64,000 bases of DNA from Macrostomum lignano (lineage: Eukaryota): assembly GCA_002269645.1 (NCBI GenBank), contig NIVC01003601.1, forward strand, positions 1-64,000, written 5' to 3'. The notes under the pieces are model-generated. The model worked only from the letters and a program-made list of their open reading frames with translations, was not told the DNA's origin and did not search any database. The position numbers and the translations under genes are program-made. Each line of letters opens with the position of its first letter. The first letter of the stretch is position 1. Below are positions 42,501 to 54,500 of this stretch, piece by piece.

Positions 42501-45500
42501 ACATTTCCAAGAACTACCGGCCACCAAAAAGGCAGCAAAGTAAAAAAGAAAATGGTTCACTCTCTTTAGCAGAATTTTTTCTTCGCTAACAGAAATTTCG
42601 TGTCACCCCAAATAGTGTGCAGCGGTGTTTCGCCTGGCGACGGGGCACCATGGGACAAGAAAGGCATGGCAACTGGCTGTGTTACGAGGATAAAGGAAAA
42701 CACGATATTCAGCTTAAGTCTGAAACAGAATTTTGTCATTAGTTTACCCGGCGTCTGTCATAAATAATATTGATAGTTTAAGATGACAGGCAAGAATTTC
42801 GAAAGTTTAAAAACTTTAATCTCCATCTGTCTATCTTATCTGTTTGTGCCTGGCAAATTTCAGCTCTACGAATTGTCGGACGAACCGAAAAGGAAGCAAT
42901 TTCTGGACGATCTGTTTGCTTTCATGCAGCGCAGAGGTGAGTCTTTCTGTTGCGATCAGTTTAATATTGGCTTGATTTAGCAAATATTTTGATGTTGTCA
43001 TCTTAAGTCTTAATGTCTTATGTCTAATCTATCGACCATTTCTCTGATCTATCTACCTTTTCCTCTGATCTATCTACACCTTTCCTCTGATCTATCTACA
43101 CCTTTCCTCTGATCTATGTACTCTTTCCTCTGATCTATCTACCCTTTCCTCTGATCTATCTACCTTTTCCTCTGATCTATCTACCTTTTCCTCTGATCTA
43201 TCTACCTTTTCCTCTGATCTATCTACCTTTTTATCTGATCTATCTACTCTTTCCTATGATCTATCTAACTTTTCATCTGATCTATCTACTCTTTTCTATG
43301 ATCTATCTAACTTTTCATCTTATCTATCTACCTTTTCCTCTGATCTATCTACCTTTTTATCTGATCTATCTACTCTTTCCTATGATCTATCTAACTTTTC
43401 ATCTGATCTATCTACTCTTTCCTATGATCTATCTAACTTTTCATCTTATCTATCTACCTTTTCCTCTGATCTATCTACCTTTTCCTCTGATCTATCTACC
43501 TTTTCCTCTGATCTATCTACCTTTTCCTCTGATCTATCTAACTTTTTATCTGATCTATCTACTCTTTCCTATGATCTATCTAACTTTTCATCTGATCTAT
43601 CTACCTTTTCATCTGATCTATCTACCTTTTCTTCTGATCTATCTACTCTTTCCTCTGATCTATCTAATCTTTCCTCTAATCTATCTACCTTTTCTTCTGA
43701 TCTATCTACTATTTCTGATCTATCTACCTTTTCATTTGATCTATCTACCTTTTCGTCTGATCTATCTACTATTTCTGATCTATCTACCTTTTCGTCTGAT
43801 CTATCTACTATTTCTGATCCATCTATCTTTCCTTTGATCTATCCAACATTTTACCAATGCGCCACTCTTTACCAAGACAAAGTTCTATTATATTCTACGA
43901 GCCACAATGATCATTAATATTTTCAAGCCAGATGATGAAGAAAAACGAGTGCAGATGCCAATCCCGCTTCTTTCTTTTTCACCTCCCTGGGCCAAATTCC
44001 CAATGGCGTTAATTAGGTTCGGCCCCGCAGCAGCGTAGATAGCCTGCCAGGTAGGGCCACACTAAATGGCAAGAGATGGGAAACACAGCACAGCACAAGA
44101 TGAATCTCCTTTAGCGCAGCAAAGCATGATAGTAAAGTGTATTTTGACCGCCAATGGCCTAGCCAAGGGTTCCAGGACCACTCGACAATTGGATTGGAAA
44201 CTAAATTTTACACCTGAATATTATTAAATCGAGCCGAGAAAGTCGAAAAACGTTTACAATTACTGTAAATTTGAATTTCGTTGGTTTTAAAAATCAGGAA
44301 TGTTTCACCTTCAGATCTTGAAGAGATCGATTATAAAGCAACAAGGACCCAGTTAATTGGCTTTAGAAGTCGGAACCTAAAAGGTACCAAAGCAGCGAGT
44401 TGTGAAACAGGCGCGCTTGTAGAAAATAAACGGCATCAAACAAAGCTTAGAGCCCCCACCCCCTCCCCGAGTTGTTAAAACGCGAAATTAGAATTGGCAA
44501 AACGCATTAACGAACTTATAAGTCCAGTTGTTTCTGTAGTATTTTTGACAAACACTAAGAAAGCGAAGGAGTATGTGTGCAACAGCCAAAAATAATTCCT
44601 GATATTAGTCGAACAACTGTTGGGGTTTCAACAAAGAAAGACGGTTGTTTTGTCACACAGACTTGGCAAAATGCGAATGGATATCCTTCACGCTCGTAAT
44701 TACCTTGGGTCACTTCATTCCGTCTTAACGCGGCTCGGAAGTTTTCTTCAGAACACGCATAATTCTTACGCCAATCCTTCACCGCGACTTTAATTAAACA
44801 AACAATGTTCATTTTTGGGCTTTGCTTGTCTTTGTATCATTCACCAAGTTTAACTTCGTTTTCGTTTCGGAAACTAAGCGGAGACACACTGACTGACTCG
44901 AATGCAACGCGGATGGCGCTTATCAATCTTCATTAGTATAAAAAATCTGCTTATGCAGTCTGCATGGGCAGGACGCCGCATCTCCCTTTTTGTAAAAACT
45001 AAAGCCTCGATCTGTGATATGATTTAACGCGAGCCAAACCCAGGAGATCGCTTTTAAAGCAGAAATCTGGAGTAAAACTTCGTCCACTTGACGCGCTTTT
45101 ATGCGAACAATCATAGCTTGAACTTGAAATCGCACATCTGATGGTAGATCAGACATAACCTATGCGGGAAAAATTAATTCCTGGTTAAGTGTATCGTATC
45201 AAAAGGTGTAACCTAATTACCGTTCTAGCCAAGACTCAGGTCCACTAGCGCGATTGCTAGGAAATCAGCGGCTTATTGAATGACCAAATTTTTGTTTGCC
45301 CGGTTCTCCTTGGCAAAGCGCGAATTATCACCCCCCTCAGCTTGTAACCAAAGGCCATAAAAAACTATCCAATTAATTATCCAGGCACGCCGGTAAATCG
45401 CATACCGATAATGGCTAAACAGGTGTTAGATCTGTACGAACTGTTCCGCCTAGTGGTAACTAAGGGCGGCTTGGTCGAGGTTATCAACAAGAAACTGTGG

Positions 45501-48500
45501 CGGGAGATCACTAAGGGGCTTAACTTGCCGTCTTCAATTACTAGCGCTGCTTTTACGCTGCGAACACAGTGAGTTCTGATTGATTGGTTGCGCCACTTGT
45601 CAATATTACTTACTACTATTAATACTACTATTCCGTATATGGTTGTAAGTAGTGCCTTGTAATTATGAAACGATTTCAGGAGTAAAAATGTTTACGATTC
45701 AGAAACTAGATTTTAACTGCCAGATACTGTAGGTCACTGTAACCTGTCAGTGTAGACACGATTTAAGGCTTTCAGTCGGTCGCTTTCACAAGCTCAACAT
45801 TTCACATCGTTGCTTTCAATAGAGCCTGTGAAGTTTCGAGCTTGTGAATTATCAAGGTTGTGAAAGATTCCAACGCCTTTCAACCATGTGAAATTTTGAG
45901 CTTTTCAATGCCTCCTTTCAGCATCGGTTCAACTATCTATTGAAGAATAAAGTAGTGTCATTAAAAAGAGGTTTAATAAAGTAGGTTTGAAAACAAGGTT
46001 TTAGAACATTCGAGTACTCCATTCCGCAACAACAAAAAAACTAAAACCAACCAACAATCAAAGGTACATGAAGTACCTCTACCCGTACGAGTGCGACAAG
46101 CTCAAGCTGAGCTCGCCGGGCGAACTGCAAGCCGCCATCGATGGAAATCGTCGCGAAGGTCGCCGACCTGGCTATCCCGGATTTGACTGCCCGTCCAGTG
46201 CCGCTGCCGCTGCTGCAGCAGCTGCGGCCGCGGCAGCCATGGGTCGGCTGCCCCCGCTGCTCGGATACCATCAGGGTCCACTGCTGGGACTGGGGAAATC
46301 TATCAGCGGTGAGTTAGATTGGCCTGGGGAGAGTTCTTGAAGTTTCAAAACCAGAACTAATGCGCAAAGTACCTGGGTGCGAGATGCCTTGTGATTTTTA
46401 ATTAGCGCCTACGAGAGCACTACTACTAATCTTTATGAATCTACAAATCAGTGGCACAATCGTTACTTTACACTGCAGTCATTTTTCAGTCGTTTTATAG
46501 TTGTTGGGGTTGTTAAAAAGTCGCGCGAGTCGCTAGAGAATCGCTTGAGTTTCAATGGAGACATTTATAACGACTTATTAATGCCGCCTGCCAAGCGTCT
46601 GTGGTAGCTTAAAAGTGTCTGCGGTAGCTTAGGAGTGTCTGCGGTAGCTTAGGAGTGTCTGCGGTAGCTTAGGAGTGTCTGCGGTAGCTTAGGAGTGTCT
46701 GCGGTAGCTTAGGAGTGTCTGTGGTAGCTTAGGAGTGTCTGCGGTAGCTTAGGAGTGTCTGTGGTAGCTTAGGAGTGTCTGTGGTAGCCTAGGAGTGTCT
46801 GTGGTAGCTTAGGAGTGTCTGCGGTAGCTTAGGAGTGTCTGTGGTAGCTTAGGAGTGTCTGCGGTAGCTTAGGAGTGTCTGTGGTAGCTTAGGAGTGTCT
46901 GTGGTAGCTTAGGAGTGTCTGTGGTAGCCTAGGAGTGTCTGTGGTAGCTTAGGAGGGTCTGCGGTAGCTTAGGAGTGTCTGTGGTAGCTTAGTAGTGTCT
47001 GTGGTAGCTTAAGCGTGTCTGTGGAAGCTTAGGAGTGTCGCAACGTCGGGCATGCATGTGGAAGAGAAAGTCAGAGTCAGTATCCCCAGTAGTAGTGCAT
47101 CTCGTACATGTGTACTACGTATCCATGTGTGTTTGAGTGCTTAAGGGTCCTCACCGGCTGCGGTTTCACTAACGCCTTGATTAGCGGCAGTACCCAAATG
47201 AACAGGCACACGGATACGTACGCAGACATGAACTCTCACATGGTCTACAGTGGCTCTGATTTTTTTAATCGCATAGGCGTAAATTGCGTGAAAAGCCTTA
47301 GGTAAGTTTTCGTGCACGAGGCCCAGATTAATTCGAATCAAATCCAGAGATCGCATTATCATGTTGATGCAGACTCAAGCTGGTACACACTAAAAACACC
47401 CTGCTCATACAGACTGCGACTTCCCGAATCTGCCGACTCCACCGTTGATGCACCAGGCTGGGCACCATTTTCCACATCATCACCCGTTGTTGCATCATCA
47501 CCCGATGCACCAGTCACAGTCTATGCCGCCGCTGCCGCCGCAGTTGCCGCCGCCGCTGCCGCCACTACGCCAGCCGTCGCAGCCTCCGCACCAGCAGCCA
47601 ATGACTCCGCCATCAGTCGGGCCAGCTGCGTGCAGCAGCTCAAAAGACGCGGTCGAGACAGCATTGTCACAATCTTTAAAGCGCCGACATCACAGTCAGC
47701 AGCAGGAGCAGCAAGAGTCAACAGAGCCAATTGCTGCCAATAAGCGATTAGCCAATGGATTAAGCTCTGGACAGAATCAAAAACAGCAACAACACGGAAC
47801 TGCTGGAAATGACACGGGAAATAATAACAATGGCAGTAGCAGCAACAGCGGCCGATCGCAGAGTCAAGCCAGACGGTTACTAAGCAACGGCAGTCCAGGA
47901 TTCACACTGCCGCCACCGCCAGCATTTTCTACGCTGCATCAGCAGCAGCAGCCTCAGCTGCCCCCACCTTTGATGGGCCAATCGGCTCAAAGTGCAGCGA
48001 CTGGAATTAAAATCGCTGGCCATCACGGAGTTGGAGCAGGTAAAAATATGCTTATATTTTTGCTTCAGTTTTCGGAGGACGACTTTCTCATGTCTTTACT
48101 TGAAGTTCCCCTTCTGTTTGGAGCCGCACTGACACACACATTAGAGCTGCACTGACACACACATTAGAGCGGCACTGACACACACATTAGAGCGGCACTG
48201 ACACACACATTAGAGCTGCACTGACACACACATTAGAGCTGCACTGACACACACATTAGAGCTGCACTGACACACACATTAGAGCGGCACTGACACACAC
48301 ATTAGAGCCGCACTGACACACACATTAGAGCTGCACTGACACACAGATCAGAGCCGCACTGACACACATTAGAGCTGCACTGACACACAGATCAGAGCTG
48401 CACTGACACACAGATCAGAGCCGCACTGACACACATTAGAGCTGCACTGACACACAGATCAGAGCTGCACTGACACACAGATCAGAGCCGCACTGACACA

Positions 48501-49422
48501 CATTAGAGCTGCACTGACACACAGATCAGAGCTGCACTGACACACAGATCAGAGCCGCACTGACACACACATTAGAGCTGCACTGAAACACAGATCAGAG
48601 CTGCACTGACACACAGATCAGAGCCGCACTGACACACACATTAGAGCTGCACTGAAACACAGATCAGAGCTGCACTGACACACAGATCAGAGCCGCACTG
48701 ACACACACATTAGAGCTGCACTGAAACACAGATCAGAGCTGCACTGACACACAGATCAGAGCCGCACTGACACACAGATCAGAGCCGCACTGACACACAG
48801 ATCAGAGCCGCACTGACACACAGATCAGAGCTGCACTGACACACAGATCAGAGCTGCACTGACACACAGATCAGAGCTGCACTGACACACAGATCAGAGC
48901 TGCACTGACACACAGATCAGAGCCGCACTGACACACAAATCAGAGCTGCACTGACACACAGATCAGAGCTGCACTGACACACAGATCAGAGCCGCACTGA
49001 AACACAGATCAGAGCCGCACTGACACACAGATCAGAGCCGCACTGACACACAGATCAGAGCCGCACTGACACAAATTAGAGCCGCACTGACACAAATTAG
49101 AGCCGCACTGACACAAATTAGAGCCGCACTGACACAAATTACAGCCTCACTGACACAAAAATTTGAGCCGCACTGGCACTCTTCAAATTCACCCTTCATC
49201 CTTCAGCACCCAGGGACTACTCAAACATGTTTGAGTAGTCCCTGTCAGCACCCATCAAATTTTCGCCTCACATTTGTCGTACAAAGTCATCATAAAAAAC
49301 GCTTTATTAATAATATCTTAATTGCAGGCCGCCCGCCGCAGGACGCCCCAGTGACAGTCTCAATGGAGCTGAATGGCTTAGCCTATCATGGTGTCCTATT
49401 CGCCCAACCAAGACATCACTGA
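26110..49422 (+). CDS. ARID3: ARID3 / dead ringer (retained) AT-rich interaction domain transcription factor, 682 aa
   Basis: Exons 26110-26934, 42864-42936, 45385-45568, 46064-46308, 47413-48039, 49328-49422 (2049 nt, phases consistent). Extended ARID: WTFEEQFKQ/LYELSDEPKRKQFLDDLFAFMQRRG/TPVNRIPIMAKQVLDLYELFRLVVTKGGLVEVINKKLWREITKGLNLPSSITSAAFTLRTQ/YMKYLYPYEC...LQAAIDGNRREGRR. REKLES-beta-like end IKI...VTVSMELNGLAYHGVLFAQ. Confidence 0.96.
27050..27545. repeat. 41-bp minisatellite, 12 essentially identical copies
   Basis: Unit ATCCTCGAAATGTCGCATCCTCAAGGTGTCACAACTGTTAC. Confidence 0.98.
28245..28855. repeat. 34-bp minisatellite with a 101-bp trimeric higher-order block
   Basis: Unit CACTGAAAATGAGGGTGTTTGGGCCTCAGGGTTT; a three-monomer block repeats at about 28431, 28532 and 28633. 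Confidence 0.95.
29440..30272. repeat. C-run GGCGCC-core minisatellite (about 21-25 bp)
   Basis: Unit TTTTGGCGCCCCCCCCAATTCCTGG with variable C-run. Confidence 0.95.
31515..32760. repeat. 21/24-bp GGCGCC-core minisatellite
   Basis: Unit ACTCATCTTGGCGCCTCTTTC, with a recurrent 24-bp variant ACTCATCTTCTATGCGCCTCTTTC. Confidence 0.97.
33320..33460. repeat. Polypurine GA-rich repeat
   Basis: GAGAGGGAGAGGGAGACGGAGAGTGAGGG units. Confidence 0.85.
34487..40790. repeat. 21-bp satellite array (about 300 monomers) with an 11-mer (231-bp) higher-order repeat
   Basis: Unit GGCACTCATTTT(A/G)GCGCCGCA with an ordered succession of variant monomers; only one visible 1-bp deletion (about 38702). Confidence 0.98.
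41660..42410. repeat. 14-bp minisatellite
   Basis: Unit GAGAATCACACCTT, about 50 copies. Confidence 0.96.
43025..43840. repeat. 21-bp TATC-derived minisatellite
   Basis: Unit TCTGATCTATCTACCTTTTCC, about 38 copies. Confidence 0.95.
46610..47035. repeat. 20-bp minisatellite
   Basis: Unit GGTAGCTTAGGAGTGTCTG(C/T), about 21 copies. Confidence 0.97.
48125..49172. repeat. 23-bp minisatellite
   Basis: Unit CACTGACACACAGATCAGAGC(T/C)G, about 45 copies, last ARID3 intron. Confidence 0.97.
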
Positions 49423-50309
49423 ACCAGCTTCACTGTATAATCTCTGCTTTTTCACTATCTTCTCTTTTTTAATCCAGCACAGTGACTCGTGCCATTCTGC
49501 AATATTGTTCACAGCTATTAATAGTGAATGAAGACTTTTTGTTTTGCTCTCCCTTCAATTTCGTACAGACTACTGACTGACTAAAGGTTATCAAGTAGGA
49601 ACGTTTGTAACCGATTGTTGACGATTTTTTGTGATTTTCTGCAATTATTTAGCATAACTGCTATTTGACTAGGCACAAAATACCTGTACTTCATATTTAT
49701 CTGCACTAAGCAGAATGTTTTATCCAACGCTTTTTGCCTCAAAACCCCTTGTAAGAAAACTACCTTGTGGAAAAAAACTCGACCATTTAAAGCGATTTTT
49801 TAGTGTCTGTTAATTGTAAATTAATAAATTCGAACCTTTGGACGGCCCAGTTTGCATGTAGAGTTTTCATTGTCAATTATGTATGATTCTATCCCTTCTG
49901 CACTGATATTTACCTATCCATATAACACATATGCAACGCAAACAATAAGCGTAGCCTTCACTGCCTTATATTAAAACTGAAATATCACTCAAAACTTTAC
50001 AGAAATTTTAAATAAACAAAATTAAAAACTCACATAATAATAAGAACCCTTTGCTTAACAATCTATTATCTTTAAGTAGCGTCGGTATTGTTTTTCTTAA
50101 ATTGGCATTTTACAATGCATCCATGCGAGTGTTTCAGCTTGAAGTTTACTCTAACAGTCTTCCAAGCTAGCGTGGAATTGTCTAGTTCTAGGCCGGTTGC
50201 TATTGACAACGACTATGAATTTTAGATGAGTAGGATAGAAGGATAGAAGCTTAGACCGTATAGGATGACCCAAGGAGATCCGGAGCCAGAATCTGGATTT
50301 TTAGGAATG

Positions 50310-50618
50310 ATGATAATTAATTACACCTACCCTAATAGGTGAGATGTGCAACCGACAGCTCAGCCGCTGCTATTGCGCAGCGCATCTGAAGGCTGCGTAC
50401 GGCTGTTCAGTCGAAGAACTGGAGGGGGGGTCGCCACACACCCTCAATCACCCCAGCTAATGCTGGCACCCATTTTACAGCTGGGTAAACTGAAGCAATG
50501 CAGAGTTAAGTGTCTTTGCTCAATGACACAAATTATTCCGAGTGGGTCGGGAATCGAACCCCTGGTCTTCCAGTCGTGAGACCGTCGGCGTCGCTGTAAC
50601 CGCTAGGCTGCAACCCCC
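50310..50618 (-). mobile_element. tRNA-derived CORE-SINE, copy 2
   Basis: Same body as 8182-8570 (CTGAAGGCTGCGTAC.GCTGTT.AGT; CCATTTTACAGCTGGGT.AACTGAAGCAATGCAGAG); B box GGTTCGATTCC on the minus strand. Confidence 0.82.
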
Positions 50619-50762
50619 TTCAGATAACTATAGGCCAGAACGTTAGGTCTGATGGATTTTTATAAATATGGTTCTATTTTTAAGTTCAACCTATAAACTA
50701 TAAGCGAGGACTGACGGAAGTTTTGTAAGCAGCAGATTTCCCCTTCTTTCTTTTGAAGTAGA

Positions 50763-50970
50763 AATTCTGCCCATTCCGCTCTGACACCTGAGCACATGCA
50801 AGCGCGCCAATACCGTACTCAGGCACTCACTCATGCACACGCTCACACAGGGTGTACAAGCGGCCCTGACTTTCTAATCTTCAGGCGTGCGCGCTTAATT
50901 ATGTGTTTTGGGGGGGGGAATTGCTGGGATGCTTAGGGTCAATTTGAAGTGGTTGGTAGGCCAAGCATCA
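50763..50970 (-). mobile_element. SINE family B, copy 2 (head not evident)
   Basis: Reverse complement GTCAGGGCCGCTTGTACACCCTGTGTGAGCGTGTG...GCTCAGGTGTCAGAGCGGAATGGGCAG aligns by eye to 2760-2862. Confidence 0.6.
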
Positions 50971-51028
50971 AAGGAAGAGTTGGAGCTGAGCCATGGCATA
51001 AAGGGAAACTCTGATGCCAAGATTCACA

Positions 51029-51288
51029 GGGCTACAAGGGGGCTGTGGTTAGAGCGTCGGACTCACGACTTGAAGGTTGGGGGTTCGATTCCCGATCCTA
51101 CTGGAATAATTTGTGTCATTGAGCTTCTGTTCACCCAGCTGTAAAATGGGTGCCAGCATTTAGCTGGGGTGATTGAGGGTGTGTGGCGACCCCCCCCCCC
51201 AGTCCTTGGACTGAACAGCCGTACGCAGCCTTCAGGTGCGCCGCGCAATAGTCCATTAGGGCAGGTGTAATCTGTTATTATTATTATC
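51029..51288 (+). mobile_element. tRNA-derived CORE-SINE, copy 3 (internal deletion of about 24 nt)
   Basis: A box TGGTTAGAGCG (about 51046), B box GGTTCGATTCC (51082-51092), CACCCAGCTGTAAAATGGG, (TTA)n tail. Confidence 0.82.
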
Positions 51289-51573
51289 ACAGGGGATGCT
51301 GATATCTTAGACTAGATAACTGACTTTCAGGGCTTGATGCTTCTTGTTTTAAATATATATATATAGATCATTGGGCTTTGTTGAAGAGTTGTTACTCCAG
51401 CTCTTGCCTTCTAAGTCTCCTTGCGCAATCTCTTACATCATTAATGATTAATTAAGGAGTAGAACTGATCAGGCACTAGGAGATTTCTTTTTAAGTCTCC
51501 ATTCCGCTCTGCATAAAATAAACAGCGCAACTCCCAATACGAGAAAGCAGCTTCTAGTCTACACGCAGACAAA

Positions 51574-54500
51574 ATGGACGTTGAGCTTGGACATCGTCCA
51601 ACAATATTCGAGCCGGGCACTTATCCTCGGCACTACTTCAAGCCCAGTCGGCTATCCGACTATGTTCGAGACGAGCCAGTGCTCTATTCGCACCAGGTGT
51701 TCTTGCACGCCTCCAGACTAATGAGAGCCATGGCTGGCGGTGGCGGCGCTGGAGGTGGCGGCGCCGGTTCGAGACCGGTTTCTACTAATCCGCTGGCGGC
51801 GCCGCAGAACACGATGGTCCGAGGGGCGAGCGGGACCAGCCCCTATCCTGGCAACGTGCCAGATCCCTACAGCCGACATGCGCACAGCCAGCGAGACAAA
51901 ATAATGGCCGGCGCAATGGACCAAATTCAGTTTGAGGATAAACGAGAGAAAAAGCTCACTTATACTCTGGCCCTGGAGACTATAAAATGTGAGAAACGTT
52001 GATAACTATTAAAGAGCCGATATGTTTCGAAAGTACTTAAAATTAAATAGCCAAAATACATTCAAATTACTGAAAGTTTTGGGGCCGATATGTATCGAAA
52101 TTATCGTAAAATGTATCGAAACATTAAAAATTAGGGCCCATATACATAGAGTGTAGCTTTTATTAGAATTTCGACAGAATCCACGGAAACGCTGATGAAA
52201 GAGGATATCTATTGAAAATATATGTAGAGTTCAGATGAAAAAAATTTAAATTTTATTACAATCCATGCAACAAATTTATATAAAGAATCAGAAAGAAAAA
52301 CTTATAGAAGCCGATATGTATCGAAACAAATGTAACGCCGGATGTTAAAAAATCCATTCCAATTACAGTGAGTTCAGTGCTAGACAAACTGTTGGATTCG
52401 GTCACATTCTTTGTCAACTTTCCAGAGGTATGTCTGTATAAAATAGTCTGATTTTGCTTACCTAATTAATACCTAACGAATGCAGACACTTCGGGGACGG
52501 ATTTGAAGGCGTCCAGTATTTTCGTCCGTTTTTTAAAAGCATAAGATTTTAATAAGCAAACTTATTTTTAAGGGAATATTAAATGCAGCGTATAAAAATC
52601 AATTAATTCACTAGTGCAAAGACAAATTTGTGCGCAAATTATAATTTGGTTGCTTGCTACTAACAGTAAAACTGATATGCGATTTGCTATTAAAAACGAC
52701 ATGGAAGTTACACGGAATGTATAAATTAACAAAATGGGATAACTAAAAGTTTAATTGTCTAGAATTGGTTTTCAGTGTGAAAATCTTGGAGTGATTCTCA
52801 TGTGTGACAATCTTGGAGTGATTCTCAGTATGACAATCCCTGGAGTGATTCTCATGTCTGACAATCTGGGAGTGATTCTTATGTGTGAGAATGTCGGAGT
52901 GATTCTCAGTGTGACAATCTTGGAGTGATTCTCAAGTTGACGATCATGGTCTGATTCTTAGTGTGACAATCTTGGAGTGATTCTCAGTCTGACAATCTTG
53001 GAGTGATACTTATGTATGAGAATGTTGGAGTGATTCTCAGTGTGACAATCTTGGAGTGATACTTATGTATGAGAATGTTGGAGTGATTCTCAGTGTGACA
53101 ATCTTGGAGTGATTCTCAAGTTGACGATCATGGTCTGATTCTTAGTGTGACAATCTTGGAGTGATTCTTATGTGTGAGAATGTCGGAGTGATTCTCAGTG
53201 TGACAATCTTGGAGTGATTTTCAAGTTGACGATCATGGTCTGATTCTTAGTGTGACAATCTTGGAGTGATTCTCAGTCTGACAATCTTGGAGTGATACTT
53301 ATGTATGAGAATGTTGGAGTGATTCTCAGTGTGACAATCTTGGAGTGATTCTCAAGTTGACGATCATGGTCTGATTCTTAGTGTGACAATCTTGGAGTGA
53401 TTCTTATGTGTGACAATGTCGGAGTGATTCTCAGTGTGATAATGTTGGAGCAATTACTAGATTCACAGCTGTCATAAAACTGTCAATCATAACCTAGACG
53501 CCCTTGCCTGCCCGCAGCTGGCAGCCGACAAGGAACTTGTGCACATCATCGCTTGCGATTTCATATCTCGCAAATTTCAAAAGCGCAAGCCCCTACCAGG
53601 AGAAGAGCTGGACCAGCGCTGCCAAGAGATCGAACGCAGCCTGCAGGAGATTATGATTAAATTGCAAGCGGCATTGGCTAAGATTCGAATCAAGCTAGGA
53701 GTGAGCAGCATCAGTCAAATGTTATCAACCGAGTGCAACAGAACCGAACAGATGGCCTCGAAGATACCCGTGTACGCTTGGGTCAATCAGCTCAAGATGC
53801 AGCAATTCGAAGTGCTGGATAAGTTGCAGCGCCAAGGACTGCAGTTTGTGCGCAAAAATAAGAATTTGGAGATGAAAGAATTTGGACTGTGCCGACAGTG
53901 CCCAGATCTGATTATCTTTGCCTCCGGTTTGAGAGAAATGGTCGAGAGGATGCAACTGGTGGCAGATAATGTGCTCATTGTTCAGGTGCTTTAAATAGCT
54001 AAATAAAAACTGTTTTCTGGTTAGCAGACTTGATGGAAAGGGTAGCAGTGGAGGAATAGTGGTTAAGGTAGCAGTGGGGGAATGGGGGTTGGGGTAGGAG
54101 TAGGGGAATGGGGGTTGGGTTAGCAATGGAGGAATGAGGGTTGGGGTAGGAGTAGGGGAATGGGGGTTGGGTTAGCAATGGAGGAATGAGGGTTGGGGTA
54201 GGAGTAGGGAATGGGGGTTGGGTTAGCAATGGAGGAATGAGGGTTGGGGTAGGAGTAGGGAATGGGGGTTGGGTTAGCAATGGAGGAATGAGGGTTGGGG
54301 TAGCAGTGGAGGAATAGGGGTTAAGGTAGCAGTGGGGGAATGGGGGTTGGGGTAGCAGTGGGGGATGGGGGTTGAGGTAGCAATGGCTGAATGAGGGTTG
54401 GGGTAGGAGTAGGGGAATGGGGGTTGGGTTAGCAATGGAGGAATGAGGGTTGGGGTAGGAGTAGGGGAATGGGGGTTGGGTTAGCAATGGAGGAATGAGG

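Noticed and set aside
47312-47743. Poly-Ala alternative frame over ARID3 exon 5
   Set aside because: Exon 4 ends in phase 1, which selects the Pro/His/Gln frame that also leads in phase to the REKLES-like last exon; GCC-rich sequence readily gives open alternative frames.
51040-51100. Functional tRNA gene
   Set aside because: A/B boxes continue directly into a SINE body shared with two other copies; no complete cloverleaf or pol III terminator after the acceptor stem.
52015-52330. Three copies of GCCGATATGT(A/T)TCGAAA in NSUN7 intron 1
   Set aside because: Short quasi-palindrome in AT-rich DNA; most simply a decayed repeat, no further support.
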